A stretch of 63,966 nt of DNA, filler included, from Reticulomyxa filosa (Eukaryota; Protista; Foraminifera): the NCBI GenBank assembly GCA_000512085.1. It is 15 parts of 15 records of this genome, joined end to end, with 100 filler letters (N's around TTAATTAATTAA, not from the genome) between each part and the next. Parts side by side here need not be neighbours in the genome. Positions count along the whole stretch, not along the records: positions 1 to 3,223 come from ASPP01021256.1; positions 3,324 to 5,464 come from ASPP01021665.1; positions 5,565 to 9,141 come from ASPP01005645.1; positions 9,242 to 11,708 come from ASPP01040245.1; positions 11,809 to 13,407 come from ASPP01036441.1; 10 more parts are not named here. The stretch is one strand, 5' to 3'. The notes beneath the pieces were generated by a model. That model was not told where the DNA came from, made no database searches, and worked only from the letters and a program-made list of their open reading frames with translations. Position numbers and translations under genes: made by a program. Below are positions 1 to 13,507 of this stretch, in pieces (the first letter of the stretch is position 1; every line of letters starts with the position of its first letter).

Positions 1-847
1 TTTTTTTTTATGTACCATTCTGTTATCTTCATAAAAAAAATTGTTAGATTTAAAGCTGTAACAAACATCTAATACATTCGAAAGAAACTCAATTCCATTT
101 TTTCTTAAATTGATTATAAATGTTATGTTACAATTTTTAGTGCTGAAAAGAGGAAACTGAAAGTAATTTGTATCAAAAAAGGGTGGTCTTTTACACACCA
201 GAAAATTCCCCAAACAAAAAAAGAAGTGGTATTAATGTTCTGCATATAACAGGATCTGTCAAACAAACAATAATTCTGCTTATGGGTTTACATGCGCATA
301 ATGAAGTTATTCCATCTTCTTTCATGTCTTTCAGGGATTCTCTCACTTAATCATTAGTGGAAGAATGGGATTTTGAATGACATAGATGAAATGGTAAGTA
401 AACGGGCGTAGCAACGTATTCATGTTGTAAGGCTATGAGACTATACCTACATCCACAAAATCTTTTTTTAATGTATTTTTGGAATGATCTCAATTTCTTA
501 GCCACTAATTCTACTCAAAAGATGTCAACATGTATGGTGCCATTAGAACGCTGTATCAATGAACAAATTTTGCGCATTCACGTTGCACCCACGGAAGATA
601 ATTTTTCTTAAAACGTTTCACGGTTGAATTTAGTTACTGCGATTTCTTTACAATAAAAGGTCGCTATATCATGCTTTCGTTTAACTCTAGTCTTAAAGTG
701 AAAACGGAGATATACCGTTGGGTCTAATCCACTACAATATTAATTATCTGTTATCTTAATTTTATCAAACATTAAACTTTCGTGACAAACGCTGTCTATT
801 GAACTTAAGGGTTCTGCCTTTTTTTAAAAAAAATTGTTTCAGAATAA

Positions 848-2078
848 ATGAATGGCAACATCCAATCTCCGGACAATATAAGACAAGTGCTTGGTAATGG
901 CAAAGGATTAAGTTCGCCATCAGGAACCAAGCAAAGCACTTGGAATTCAATTGCAGAGCCACACTGGGGTAAGGACGAAGACAGCAAGAGGCAAATTTAT
1001 GTGAGGATGTTGCATTGTGTTCACAGGATCACATACACATAAAGCATTGCCTACAAAAAGATAACAAATGGGAAAAATAAAAAGATGCAATAAAATGTAT
1101 AAACAAACCAACAACAAACAAAAAAATAGCAATAAAGCTGATATATTGGACAGACCCAGTAGCAAGTGGGAGTGTTTTAGCATCAGTGATCCTGGTGTGG
1201 TTCCTAAATTACTGTTGTCAGTACAGTATATTAACACTATTGTGCATAATAATCGTGTTTATTTTATCGACTTTTTTTACTTACATTCATGCGTTATCAT
1301 TTGTTTCAAGAAATAATAGCATTCACTTACCACCAGACCTTCAGTTAATGAAACATATACACACATGAGAAGGAAAGGGGGGGGGGGACATGCCAGATAT
1401 TTTTAAAAAACTCCAATTTTTTTTTTTTGGTCCTCTTACATGGCGGGCGTACCTTTGGCATAAAAATAAAAGACCGATGACAATCGTTCGTGAATGGGTG
1501 ACCACAGACGACACAAGAAAACTAGCATTACAAATTCATAAGGATTTAAACAGCATTGCATCTTTTATAACTTATGTAACAACAACTCCACGAAATGGTG
1601 TCACTTTATTATATATTTATATTTGTTTCAATTGGTATTGTTGGATCTTATGTTTCTGGTATCAATATTTTATTCATTACTACCATTCTCTTATTTACTG
1701 CTCCTTCTTCTCTTCGCTTCGCTCAACAGTATTTACTCTACCAACAGCAAATTCGTTTTCGTTTCACTGATAAAGCTTGGCATCTTTTTAATCGACTTTT
1801 TTTATTTCGTAAAAAAGCTTTATGAAAAGGAACAACACATTTGGATAAAATATACAACTTCATACATAGATTTTTTTTCTTCTTTACCCCCCCCCTTTGA
1901 CCCTATTTTTCCTTCGCACCTTTCCTTCTCAGGGGTTTTGATCCTTTGGATATTTTGATTTCTGTTTTGTTTTTGTTTGCTTTGTTTTAAAAGCAGTTGT
2001 TTATTTTGAATTTTTTTTTTCTTTTTTTTTTTAAGAAACGCTGCCAGCTACTTTTCATCACCTAAAAAAAAAAATCTG
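848..2078 (+). CDS. Reticulon-domain protein (multi-exon, one apparent frameshift near 1605; 3' end uncertain)
   Basis: The exon at ~1129-1343 reads IKLIYWTDPVASGSVLASVILVWFLNYCCQYSILTLLC and the exon at ~1473-1755 reads ...IVGSYVSGINILFITTILLFTAP. These match the two hydrophobic hairpins of reticulons (LLxWRD..SG; VGSxFxGxTLLY..LLFTxP). GT-AG introns lie between them. Confidence 0.75.
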
Positions 2079-2811
2079 AAAAGCAAACATCAGGCTTTAG
2101 CTAATTAATTTTTTCAGTTTCTGCTTTTCTCTTCGTTTTCTCTTTTGTCCTATTAGGAAGTCAATATAGTTGCATTGATCTGCTTCAACAGTGTGAATGC
2201 TTTTAAAAAATACAATTCAAATTTTAGTGATTGAATGTGATAAAGGCACTAAAAGACATTTCACTGGCTTATAAGTTATTTTTACCACTCTCCGATTGGC
2301 TTTCGCATTTTCTTTTTGTCTGTTATATTTTAAAATTAATTTGATTTTTTTTTGTAATTTTGCTGTAGGACGTCGTCCCGAACTACACTTGCAAAGCTCC
2401 AATGAAACTTCGAAATCCTTTTTCTCAAACTTATCCGCTTGTCTTTTCGCTCAACTTCTATTGTTTCTTGTGTATTGTTTTGTATTGTCTTCTTAATTAA
2501 TTTAATTTCATTTTTTACTGAAATTACGCAATAAAAAATTTTCGTATTACACTTACCACTGTCTCTTGCAGCGCTCACTTACGACTTAATGATATTTTCC
2601 CTAGGTGCCATCTTAATGTAATTCTTTTATTTATCTTATTTCATTTGCAAGAATACAATTTAAAAAGTTTAAAGAAATGAAAGGCAACGTAGTTTCACAA
2701 TGATTGAAACTTGGCACAAAAAGGAAAAGACATTTGTTTACCAAACAGTGCAAGTTTTGCACAGGAGTAAGCAGCTGGAAAAAAGTGATAGAAAAGGTTC
2801 AAATATTAACA

Positions 2812-3163
2812 ATGGCAATGCAAGAAGTATTACAGCCAGCAACCTTAGTTCCCCAGCGAGACTTGGGGTTAAACACGGTGAATGAGACCTGGGTGGTGCA
2901 GCAAAAGAAAGCATTCACAGGTTGGATGAACGCACACCTGGCGAAGCAAAACATGCGAATCGACGAAATCACGGAAGCATTTTCACAAGTGGTGCCACTG
3001 ATACATTTGCTGGACGTGTTGGAGAAAAGACCATTGAACGATATCAAATACAATCACCGAAAGCCGAGACATAAATTTGATCGACTGGATGCACTGCGTG
3101 TATGTATTCGCCTGATCAGCAGCAAAGATCGTCGAAACGTCGGTATCACATACGACGAAGAAG
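2812..3163 (+). CDS. Calponin-homology (CH1) actin-binding domain, first exon of a filamin/alpha-actinin-like protein; truncated by contig end
   Basis: WVVQQKKAFTGWMNAHL...LIHLLDVLE matches the CH1 consensus (WxxxQxxTFTxWxNxHL). A GTGAGT donor follows at 3164. Confidence 0.85.
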
Positions 3164-3223
3164 GTGAGTCAATTACGGTCCACTCGTAACAACCACAAAA
3201 AAAAAAAAAAAAAATATGGCACA

Positions 3224-3323
3224 NNNNNNNNNNNNNNNNNNNNNNNNNNNNNNNNNNNNNNNNNNNNTTAATTAATTAANNNNNNNNNNNNNNNNNNNNN
3301 NNNNNNNNNNNNNNNNNNNNNNN
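3224..3323. other. Artificial contig-joining spacer (first of 14; others at 5465, 9142, 11709, 13408, 18595, 20439, 21741, 26122, 27317, 44845, 46083, 61452, 62627; each 100 nt)
   Basis: Identical 44N-TTAATTAATTAA-44N structure each time, placing stop codons in all six frames. Confidence 0.98.
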
Positions 3324-4449
3324 CGAACGTTCCAAGTGGACGTGTAGAAATCAAAGTATTGCCATTGTTGACGACGAGTGCACCCTTGGGTCAAAGCAAA
3401 GGCGATGTTAGTGGTGTTGGTGACATTACAAATCCACATCATGCCGTAGGGATCGACGGGATGAGGATACAGATTGATGTAAGTGCCGATGCCCCACACA
3501 ACAAAGCCGTGGCCGACAGTGGAGACTTGATGGACGAACAAATAAGCAAACTCTTGATTGTACACACGAATAGCGGGGATATTCAGATAGTAAGCATAGT
3601 TGTTACTCGAGTACCACGCCAGTTGCCAGTCTTCGTTAAAGATGTGCAATTCGTCGTTTAAATCGTCTGACGTCTGATTATAACTGCACACAAACTCGGG
3701 CAGTCCGGTCTCTTCCGCCACTTTGCTACTATTGAAAACACAGTTGCCCACACTTACTCTTAAGTCATTGTCTGTGTAGTTTGTCGTACTATTTATTAGG
3801 ACGTTCCACGAGGGGCATTCGTCAGGAGAGGTTACATTTTCACTCGTGCTGCAAATTGCAAATATATCTGATCTAACAGGTCGCATGTACATATATGCAT
3901 ATGAATATAATTATACGTATCACAAAAAGAACATTCCATAGGGGTGTTTTTTTTTGTTTTTTTTTTGCCAAAGGTTCGCAATAAACATACGTGTCGTTTG
4001 GAGCTGCAAATACAAAGTAATCATCCAGATACATTAGAAATACTGGATGGCTGGATTCACTTGGGTAACCTACCCATATTCTAGGTCCTGGTTCAAATCT
4101 GTATTCTGTCATCCCACTCAAATTTCTTGAATGTTTCATTTGTAGTCGGGAGGGGGCGTCATCATTTTTTTTTTTTTTACAAAAACAGACAAACACAAAT
4201 GTTGCTATTGCGAAGCATCTTCATTGTTGTCATTTTCTCGATAGTTGTTTTTTTCTTGACTCGTTGGCACTGGAACCATTGTGGACGCAGTAAAAAGCCG
4301 AAAACGTAGATGCAACCGTTTCGAACCTGCCTGTTCATATCAACCAATCCAACTACTTTAACGGTCTCTACACAAGACAAATTCCAAATCAAATTCAAAA
4401 ACTCACTTGCAATAAATAGTAACAACATAATTTTGAACATGTTTGCCAA
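3324..4449 (-). CDS. Probable secreted/surface Cys- and Trp-containing glycoprotein, multi-exon, 3' truncated
   Basis: Hydrophobic N-terminus (MFKIMLLLFIASEFLNLIW), three GC-richer coding segments separated by A/T-run introns, many NxS/T sequons. No family recognised. Confidence 0.55.
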
Positions 4450-6321
4450 TGGTTATGTTGACGTTGAAGTGGATTTCGTATTTCAATACTGAACTATCAA
4501 GAAAGACCACCTTTTCACCTTGTGGTGATTTTTCATCGTTAGTATCTAATTTGTTGCGTCATTTTTTTACATTATATTTTTGTGTAGTTTCTTTACCAAA
4601 TGTTTTGATAGTGACTCTGTTTGATAAGAAGAAGCTCCAACAATATTTAAAAAATAATATTTAAGACAGTCAAACTGTTACTTTTTGTATTACCATAAGC
4701 ATTATTACATTATAAAAAAAACAATTTCAAATATTTGCATTTAGTGTGTATCACGTTATTTATAACATTCGAACTTGTCTTAAAAATATTAGCAACACTA
4801 TGAAAATGTAATATCAAGTTTTCTGTTATGTCATAACAATTATGAAAAGTTCATAAACTTCATTAAGATATACAAAAAATATTAAAATTCAATGTTGTAA
4901 TTTTATAAAAAAATGTTGGTTGCTGTTGTAGTAATTTTTTTATATTGTTATTTTTTTTGATTATTTCTTGTGACTTACAAAGAAATAAAATAATGTTGTT
5001 ATTTAAACTTATACAAAAAGATAAAAAAACTAATAATAATGAAAAAAATAAAAAAAAATAGCTACTATGGTAGCGGAGGCAATCGATACAATCAAATGTA
5101 TTGTGATATTGATGTTCAAGAAGAATTTCGCGATTTTACAGAATGCATCAAGATATAATCAACATGAAGATTACTAAGTTCTATGTCGATAAACGATATT
5201 GTATCATCTGGCTAAGATATAATTGTTTGTCAATTATGAATTACGTAAATATTGAAAGTGTTTTGATATAAATATTTATATTATATTTAATCATTATGTA
5301 GAAAATAATATTATTTGATGACTAATTTCGATTTGTTACAAATTGTTGTGATATCAATTTTTTTATTTAGAATTAAATATTTACAACATTATATTGATTT
5401 TGTCTTCAGTGTAGATACCAGGAAAATATAGTGTCTTTTTATCACTAATATTGTAAAATTAGTANNNNNNNNNNNNNNNNNNNNNNNNNNNNNNNNNNNN
5501 NNNNNNNNTTAATTAATTAANNNNNNNNNNNNNNNNNNNNNNNNNNNNNNNNNNNNNNNNNNNNCTTTTGTTATCTTGTTTTATTATTTCAATTTCTTTC
5601 GTTTTACGCAATCACTATTCTCTTCTTAGTAAACTCCTCTCATATTACAGTTAGTGTACCACTACTATCAGCAGACGTTCCACAAGTGGACTTTACTGAC
5701 TGTTTTTGCAAGCAAATTGCGAGTAATGCAGTGGAATTACAGTGCGATGAACAAAAATTCTAAATATTTATTTGATGGCAAAACCTCTTTTCAAACTGAA
5801 GTTTTAGGGCGAAAAAAATTTCTAATTTTCTAAAAGTAAAACTAGGAATATTATCTGAAGCCGAGACAAGAGAATGAGAAGAAAAGAAACGAAATAACAG
5901 CCTTTTCTCTTTCTGCATATTACATTAAGATTAACAAATGACCACAAAGACTATACACTAATTTGCTATCTTTGCAATTAAGCCATAGAGGGACATGCTA
6001 TATTTAGCATATGATCAGTTTTACGTGGCCTCTAAGTCAGTCTTGCACATCGATCTATTTTGGGATGTAATTAGATCAGTTGTCGTTATTTTTTTTCAAT
6101 GTTAAGTAATATGTTGTTTTGTGTTATTACCTTAGAGGTCATGCTATCAATAACTAGGGATATGTCATCTTTACTTTTTTCAATTTGCTTTTCAATGGTT
6201 CCTCGTCAATGATGTGTAACTTTACTTTGCATTATACTGTATTTTATTTGCTTTATTAGATAGTTTAGTCCTTTTTTATTACGCTTTGAGCTGTTTTTTT
6301 AAAAATATAAAAGATAACATA

Positions 6322-6995
6322 CAGTAAATTGCAGAAAAAACTGTCATACATAAATGGCATTATATGAAGATAGTCGATTTTCTCCATGAAAAATAAAGAT
6401 TTAAACCTAATTTTTTTAAAATATCTACTAATCTTGTAGTTTTTAAATATTAAATTCTTTTTTTTTCAAATTTTCTTTATTGTTGATCTAGGTTTGGTGG
6501 ATGAAGTATCATGATTTGTGCTTGTTTTGGTGTAAAAGGTATTGGTAATGCATGCGAGATAGAAGATTGTATGAACTCTAAAATTTAAAAAGGAATTAGA
6601 AGACGACATGTTAAAAAGTGTAAATTACTGTGTAAATAATGAAAATGACTTGTTGTTCCAACAAGACAATTCGTCATGTCACAAAGCTAAAGAAATAATG
6701 ATTGGTTCAAAGAAAATAATATAAAACTAGCTAATTTTTTTTAGAAAAAGTATCTACGTAACTTGAAGATTCCTAAAATAAAAACAAAAAGATTTAAAAA
6801 TTTCTTATTTTCAATATAGGTTCAATTCATATTAATTCCTTCGAAATTTTTAAAAATCATTTTAAAAAATTATATTTTTGATCAACATAGAAAAAACTTA
6901 CCAATTTTATATTTAAAAACTACAATATTAGTATATATTTTTTAAAAAAATATGTTTAAATCTTTATTTTTCATGAAAAAAATCGATTTTCTTCA
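6322..6995 (+). mobile_element. Internally deleted, decayed Tc1/mariner element with transposase DDE remnant
   Basis: Starts TA|CAGTAAATTGCAGAAAAAA. 6490-6735 translates, across stops and frameshifts, as RFGG*SIMICACFGVKGIG...EIEDCMNS...LLFQQDNSSCHKAK...DWFKENNI, the Tc1-type GGGSVMVWGCF / FQQDNAPCH motifs. The subterminal block at 6370-6460 recurs inverted at 6900-6995. Confidence 0.85.
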
Positions 6996-8096
6996 ATATA
7001 TGTAACCTTTATCAAACTTGTTCTTAAATTGTAATACTAAAACTTGACATTTACGACTTTCAACAATTTTCAATTCTGTTTCATCTATTTTAATATTGAA
7101 ACAGCAATTGGAAGCATTGTCATGATAATGAGCATATTGTCTCTGTTTATCAGAATTATAATTTGATTCCACATGAACTGTCAAGTTTTTGTAATAAGTC
7201 CACTTGTATAATTTTTCATTTATTGTTTTCATCGTTGGACTTCATTTCAAGTAAAAGCAATGTTCGGTCAATAAATAATCCTTGAACATTTGAATACTTT
7301 GGAGTTCTTTAGTCCCAAACTAAATTAGATTTAGACACCAAAAAAACAGGACCTAAAAGAAGTATATATCATTCAATAACAACACTGTCATATTTAACAC
7401 TGTAAATGAAATAAACAAATAAAACATAAATGATATTAAAAATAATGAAATTACAACTAGCTATAAAATCTAAAGCTCTTGTTTGCTAAATATCAAGCTA
7501 CCTTTTTTATTAAGTGACAATAAAGAAAAAAATGAAAATACAATTGACATCTAAAAAAAAGTTCGTACAACTGACTATCAAATATCATTAGAATATCGTT
7601 TGAAAGATAATAACATATTATTAATCTTATTGCAAATATTACATCGTCCGTTCAAAAGATAGATCAGTTATCTAACGAAAACTTTACCTTGTTGAAGTTG
7701 ATCACATACTGTCATTCGATTGTTCAAATTAACACTTGTACCAAAATGAAGTCTGTAATGACCGCATATATTCAAATGTACAAATGGTCCGAGTTAATAA
7801 ACGGTAGTCCCAAGATCACGCGAGTAATGCCAGTCAACAGTGCGTACAATCTCTAATTAGTGCAATTATCAATTTCATGATTGTAAATATGATGTTCTAC
7901 AAAAGATAGTTTTTTTTCTTTCGATCAAATAAAAACTAGAAAATAACTTGAGAATTGTTTTAGTCTCAATTAGTGCTTTCATATGATAGATATATTACCT
8001 ATCTGTGATTTTGTACTCGAAGTGCTATCTGAAATACAATGAGATAGCTAACAATTTGTGCAACGATGCCGAAGATATGTCAATTACAACGTCATA

Positions 8097-8365
8097 CAGT
8101 AGATTGCAGAAAAAACTTTGAATCTGTCAAAAGCTCAAAACAAAAATAAAAATTAAACTTTAAATCTAACAAAATTGCAAAAATAAACTTTAATTTCACA
8201 ATAAATAAATAAATAAAAGTTAAATTTTACTTATCGAATTTTTTAAAAACTACAATATTTGTATATATTTTTAAAAATAAGGTTAAATGTTTATTTTTCA
8301 TAAAGAAAATCGATTCTCTTCATAAGGATTCCAATTAGGTATGGAATTTTTTCTGCAATCTACTG
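8097..8365. mobile_element. Tc1/mariner-derived MITE, 269 bp
   Basis: Perfect 19-bp TIR CAGTAGATTGCAGAAAAAA (8097-8115 and 8347-8365), flanked by TA on both sides (8095-96, 8366-67). Carries the same subterminal block as the 6322 element. Confidence 0.92.
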
Positions 8366-8607
8366 TAGATGATCCACACAAATCGAAATAAAGATTGATT
8401 TTAAGTAAGTCTTCTTTTTGTGATCAATGGTATGAAAGTATCATACCCTTTCAAAACTCTTACATATTTCAGTACAATCAAAATGTTCCGATTAGTTGCA
8501 AAAAAAAAAAGCAATCATGAATGCTTTGATCTTACTTAGATATTCATTTTAATAACTAGACTTGTGTACAAACCACTTTTTCGTCGACTTAAAAAAAAAT
8601 GACTGGC

Positions 8608-9000
8608 TCAGTCCATAGACTCCGTTTCATGCGTGTTATGCTTGCTGATGATGATCCATTCATTTTCTTTGGAGTCAGTGTCTTTTGTCATTGTATCGCA
8701 CGCTTCCTTGTTCCTTGCAATCGACCCCATAGCGACTTTGCCAGGCATGCCATCGTGGTTTGTGTGCGTCATTGTCGTTACCGTTGTCACTGTTCTCTGA
8801 GGACAGTTTGCAATGGATTGCAATCGTGTAATGTCACTCTTGAGTCTACCGACCTCTTCCATCAAATCGATTATCTTTTGTCGCGATGGAAGATTTTCCT
8901 CCTCCCATTTCTCCTTTTCTTTTTTCATCGTCTCTGCAAATTTTGCTTGCGCTTCATCCATTTCTTTCTTGTGTTTTTGCAACGCGTCCGTATACATCTC
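8608..9000 (-). CDS. C-terminal exon of a coiled-coil hypothetical protein
   Basis: Open frame rich in E/K with heptad-like character (ALQKHKKEMDEAQAKFAETMKKEKEKWEE), ending in TGA. Contig is broken upstream. Confidence 0.55.
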   Translation of the reverse strand, partial: EMYTDALQKHKKEMDEAQAKFAETMKKEKEKWEEENLPSRQKIIDLMEEVGRLKSDITRLQSIANCPQRTVTTVTTMTHTNHDGMPGKVAMGSIARNKEACDTMTKDTDSKENEWIIISKHNTHETESMD

Positions 9001-9103
9001 TTTTTTTTTTTTTTTTTTTTTTGAAGTAGTTTGGAGGCAGAAAAAAAGATGGAGTGAATTCATCGACGTAACATATCTTTGTCAAACGTCTGTGTCTTAA
9101 AGA

Positions 9104-9141
<38 letters not shown>

Positions 9142-9449
9142 NNNNNNNNNNNNNNNNNNNNNNNNNNNNNNNNNNNNNNNNNNNNTTAATTAATTAANNN
9201 NNNNNNNNNNNNNNNNNNNNNNNNNNNNNNNNNNNNNNNNNTTTAATGCGTTTGTACTTTGTTTAAGAAGTATTATTTCTCTTGTGTACTTAATTGGCAT
9301 TATCTGATATAAAGATTTATGTTTGTTTTTTATAAAATCATTTTCTTAAAATTTTTTAAAAGTATTAAAATAAACAATTAATCAAATCATAAACAATCGT
9401 CGCTTTTCAACTAAAAATAATTAAGGAATTTATATATACCGACAACCTT

Positions 9450-10200
9450 TTCCATGAAAATATTACTCGTTCTTTGGTTTGAATGTTACATTATATGCTC
9501 ACCTGTAATGTTTTACAATTACAATGAAGATTTGTTTGTAACTCTCAATGTGAAAGAAGCAAAATTGGATTTTGTATATTCAACAGCAATTTTTATTAAT
9601 TAATGACTCAGTACTACCATGTACAGACGATACGATCGTGGGCATGACAGTGAAAGGGGCTTTTGTCAGCGTCCTGTATGTCTGTAATTCCAACTTATAC
9701 AATCGTTCAGTTCAAGAAAGATCCAACATTGATTATGCGATTGGAAATGATATTCTACAGTACAATATATAAGCTGAATGCATACACGGCCAATTTTATC
9801 GAATCTTTTCATTGGCATCCACACTGATTTATATTCGACACGGATCTACGAAGTATCAACAGACATAAAGCCGCACGTAGTGAGAAACACTGACATTGCA
9901 TTTTGTGTTGTCGAAATGATCGCGTATACCGATCTCTTATGCGGATGGCTCTTATCTATTGTCTACATCTACAAGTTGTATCAAACTATCATTACTGCTG
10001 AGTGTGCGGCCGGTGTGAATACACACCAGCTCTTATCCAAAGATCAAGAAGACAGCCAGGACAACGATAGAGGATCTGCTGTGTCCTCGCAGCACCAAAG
10101 ACATATACAGACACTTAGTCAATCCAAACGTAGAATAATGAAAACATTAAAATGGCTTTAACTATTCGCAAATCAACAGTCCTTTTATTAACAAGTACAT
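9450..10200 (+). pseudogene. Degenerate multi-pass (7TM-like) membrane protein fragment
   Basis: DLLCGWLLSIVYIYKLYQ followed by a polar loop and RRIMKTLKWL resembles TM5-loop-TM6 of serpentine proteins. Upstream frames are broken. Confidence 0.3.
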
Positions 10201-10999
10201 AATAAACAAAATGCACACATACAATGGATACATATATGTATGTACAGATTTTTTTTAATGTACGTCTACATATACTCCAAAAAAAAAATTAAAATAACAT
10301 AGCTATGAAATGTATGGGACTACGTACATGTTGCGACAAATTGGTTTTTTTTTTTGGGAATTTGGATGAAAGTGCGGCCGGATCGATAGTTTCAATAGTT
10401 TTTTTGGCGATCTAGGCGAAGGAGGAGCTCGAGTTTGTCGCTCTAAATAAATGTTGGACTGCAATTACAGAGGTCTCCAAACGTGATCAATTGACGTTGC
10501 AAGGTTTTTTTAGAAGTGGATACCCAAGTACATTGCCTTAAATGTCCCAATGTGTAGTCATAAACATGTTCGCCAAATTTCAACGAATTAAAGACAGCGA
10601 ACATACAACCGCATCAAACGAACTGTATTTTCATTTGATATTAACTGTGTGTTGAGAATTGAATTTTTGTTGAAAAATACAATAAATTTTCAACTCTTCA
10701 TCTCATTTTTAATAAATATATATAAATGATTAATCTTAAGTCGCAGTACTTCATATAAATGAACTATTTATTATTATTATTATTTTTTGGCTCTATTGCA
10801 TATTATTACGTAGTTAATTTTTTCAAAGGCACAAGTGAACCAAATTGACATATTTACATATTTTCGACTTAGAGTTTAGAATATTGAAATTGTTTGCGTG
10901 AAATAATTTGATGGAATGATATCAGGTGAGCTGGAGAATGACTTTGAATTATGTTTAAAAAAATCAAAAGAGATAACAATTGGACAAAAGAAACAAAAA

Positions 11000-11545
11000 A
11001 AATTTAATGCAAGTATCAATGCCATAAACTTGTTGACTTCACTTTACCATTACTCGCACGCACCGCACAACCCCATTTTTCAATTGCTCGATAGGTATAT
11101 ATTTGATTCTTTGAAGATCTATGTTATATACGTGTGTATTGATCATACACATGTTTTAAGTATTTTTAAATCACACTTAAAAAAAAAATAAACATATTAT
11201 AACTTGGAACATAGGTTGCACACATAACACGATAACATCAGCTCACCACTTTTAAATTATTTATTTCTTTTCAATCATAATGACCTCCATGATTCAATGT
11301 ATTGGATTTCCACAAGCGAAAATTCGACTATGATGTTGCTTCCAAGTTTATCATTTTAATGTACTGCAACAATAATCGAACTACTACTACTGTTGCTGAT
11401 GTTATCACTGCTGCTACTATTGCTGGAGACTAACTGCAGCATCAATAGCAATACAAACAGCAACAATTTGTCCATGTGCAATCCACAATTAATGTAGTAT
11501 ACGTCCATTTTCATACCTTTAAATACCTGTTCAAATATTTCAATG
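11000..11545 (-). repeat. Dispersed repeat/degenerate gene family, copy 1 (homologous to 20539-20990)
   Basis: Shares blocks TGGTGAGCTG, CCAAGTTATAAT, TATGATCAATACAC, ATAACATAG..CTTCAAAGAATC, GAGCAATTGAAA and TTGATACTTGC with the copy on another contig. Confidence 0.75.
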
Positions 11546-12448
11546 AACACATAAATAAATAATAAAATATACATATAAAAATATTATATCGAAGGTGTAA
11601 ATAAAGAAAAAGAAACCTTTTCAAGAATGAATCCAACAACAATTATAGCATCACATAACATGAAATAGTACATGCGCACAAACGATAAAAGAATAACAGC
11701 AACTCTTGNNNNNNNNNNNNNNNNNNNNNNNNNNNNNNNNNNNNNNNNNNNNTTAATTAATTAANNNNNNNNNNNNNNNNNNNNNNNNNNNNNNNNNNNN
11801 NNNNNNNNCTTTCTTGTCTTGTGCCAATTGGCCATACGTTGGAGTGGGGTCTTTTTTTTCTGACGACAAGTAAAAGCAGCTGTTAAAAAAAAGTTAATAA
11901 AGTTATTGAAATAAAAAAAGAATGGAAAGAAAAGATAATGAAAGAAAGGTTGAATATAACTCAACCAACACTGGAGCCGGCATTGCAAGTATGTGTCTGT
12001 TGGAAACAGAAAAACAAAAAAAACTAGGTCTAAGGGTAGGAACAAACCATGTTGGTTCAAAGACAAGCAAAGAGAAAAAACAAACAAACAAAAGAACATA
12101 AATTCTTTATTGCTTTTCATTCTGCAAACAATTTCCATAACATTTTCAATTTTTTTTTCCATTTTCTTTCCATTGACATATGCAAGCAATATGACGAGAC
12201 TCTTTCTTTTTGGCTATGTTTTTGACAAAACAAAAATAGCAAAGTATTGTACATTCACACATACATAAAAATACACTCCAAATGTTGCTTTTTGTTTTTG
12301 TTTTTCTTAATAAAACAATTTCAATTTGTACCTTTTTTTTTTACTTATTCCTGTCAGTGTTTTTGTCAGAAACGTAATCAATTAATAATTATAATTATTT
12401 ATTAAAAAAAAAACGTATGTATATATAACTTAACTATATACAGAAAAA

Positions 12449-13407
12449 ATGATCGGCCGAAAACGCCCTCACGCTGAGGGACAAAGAGAAGATGCACCGG
12501 CTCCAAAACGTGCAAAGGTATGCATTGCACAAAATAAGATTTAATATTTATGAGTTGCGTTAAATCTATTTGTTTATAAATTTGTCAAATAATAGATGAG
12601 TGGTGGCATATGCCATAAAGTGATGAAGTTAATGGCATCATTGCTTCCAATTAACTGGAATGTAGGCCAGGCTCGAGGAGACGAAGAGCCTGTATCAAAT
12701 AGTATGGAGCCTCTGGTGAGTCATTTAAAAATTGTTCTATTATTTGTTTAACTTCTATTTAGTCAATATAATAAAAAAGCCACACAGATATTAATATACA
12801 ATTTATTTATAAATAAATATTGTAATTTTGTAATATACACATGCTTTTTGTTGTCACAAAATGAGATATATTATATGTTATTGTGCATACTATTTGTGCA
12901 TAGGCTGCACAGGCTCCAAAGTCAAATGTAGAGCCAGAACAGCAGCAACGACATGAACAACAAGATCGACCAGCACAAACGAAGATATCAGAACAGCCAA
13001 AAGAACAAGCGCGACCAAAAAAACGACGGCCAAAATCCAAAGGCAAAGGCAAAGATCGACAAAAGGGACAGCGACGACGAAAAGGTGAAAAGGCTGCCAT
13101 AGAGCCAAAAAAAGAAGGAGTGGCTCCGAAGCCAATAAAAAAAAAGCTGCTTGTCCTTGATATGGACAATACAATTATGTATTGCAGCACTGAGGTGAGT
13201 TCTTGTCTTTTGTTATATGTGTATATATGTGTAAATATCTAAATTATTATTGCAAACAATCACATACAAATAGGAAATAACAAACTCGTCTGGAAAAGTG
13301 AATGTCTTGTTGGATGGTCGAATCCACAGTGCCTGCGTCAAGCAGAGACCCTTCCTGCAAGGTTTCCTTGATGGCTGCAGTAAATATTACGATATTATGA
13401 TATTTAC
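12449..13407 (+). CDS. FCP1/SCP (NLI-interacting factor) CTD-phosphatase family protein, 4 exons, 3' truncated
   Basis: Spliced frame MIGRKRPHAEG...KKLLVLDMDNTIMYCSTE|...VKQRPFLQGFLDGCSKYYDIMIF contains the DxDxT catalytic motif and the KRP..FL motif. GT-AG introns lie at ~12518, ~12716 and ~13195. Absent from the ORF track. Confidence 0.85.
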
Positions 13408-13507
13408 NNNNNNNNNNNNNNNNNNNNNNNNNNNNNNNNNNNNNNNNNNNNTTAATTAATTAANNNNNNNNNNNNNNNNNNNNNNNNNNNNNNNNNNNNN
13501 NNNNNNN

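Noticed and set aside
6993-7850. Short minus-strand ORF fragments as further transposase pieces
   Set aside because: No DDE, RT or HTH motif is recognisable.
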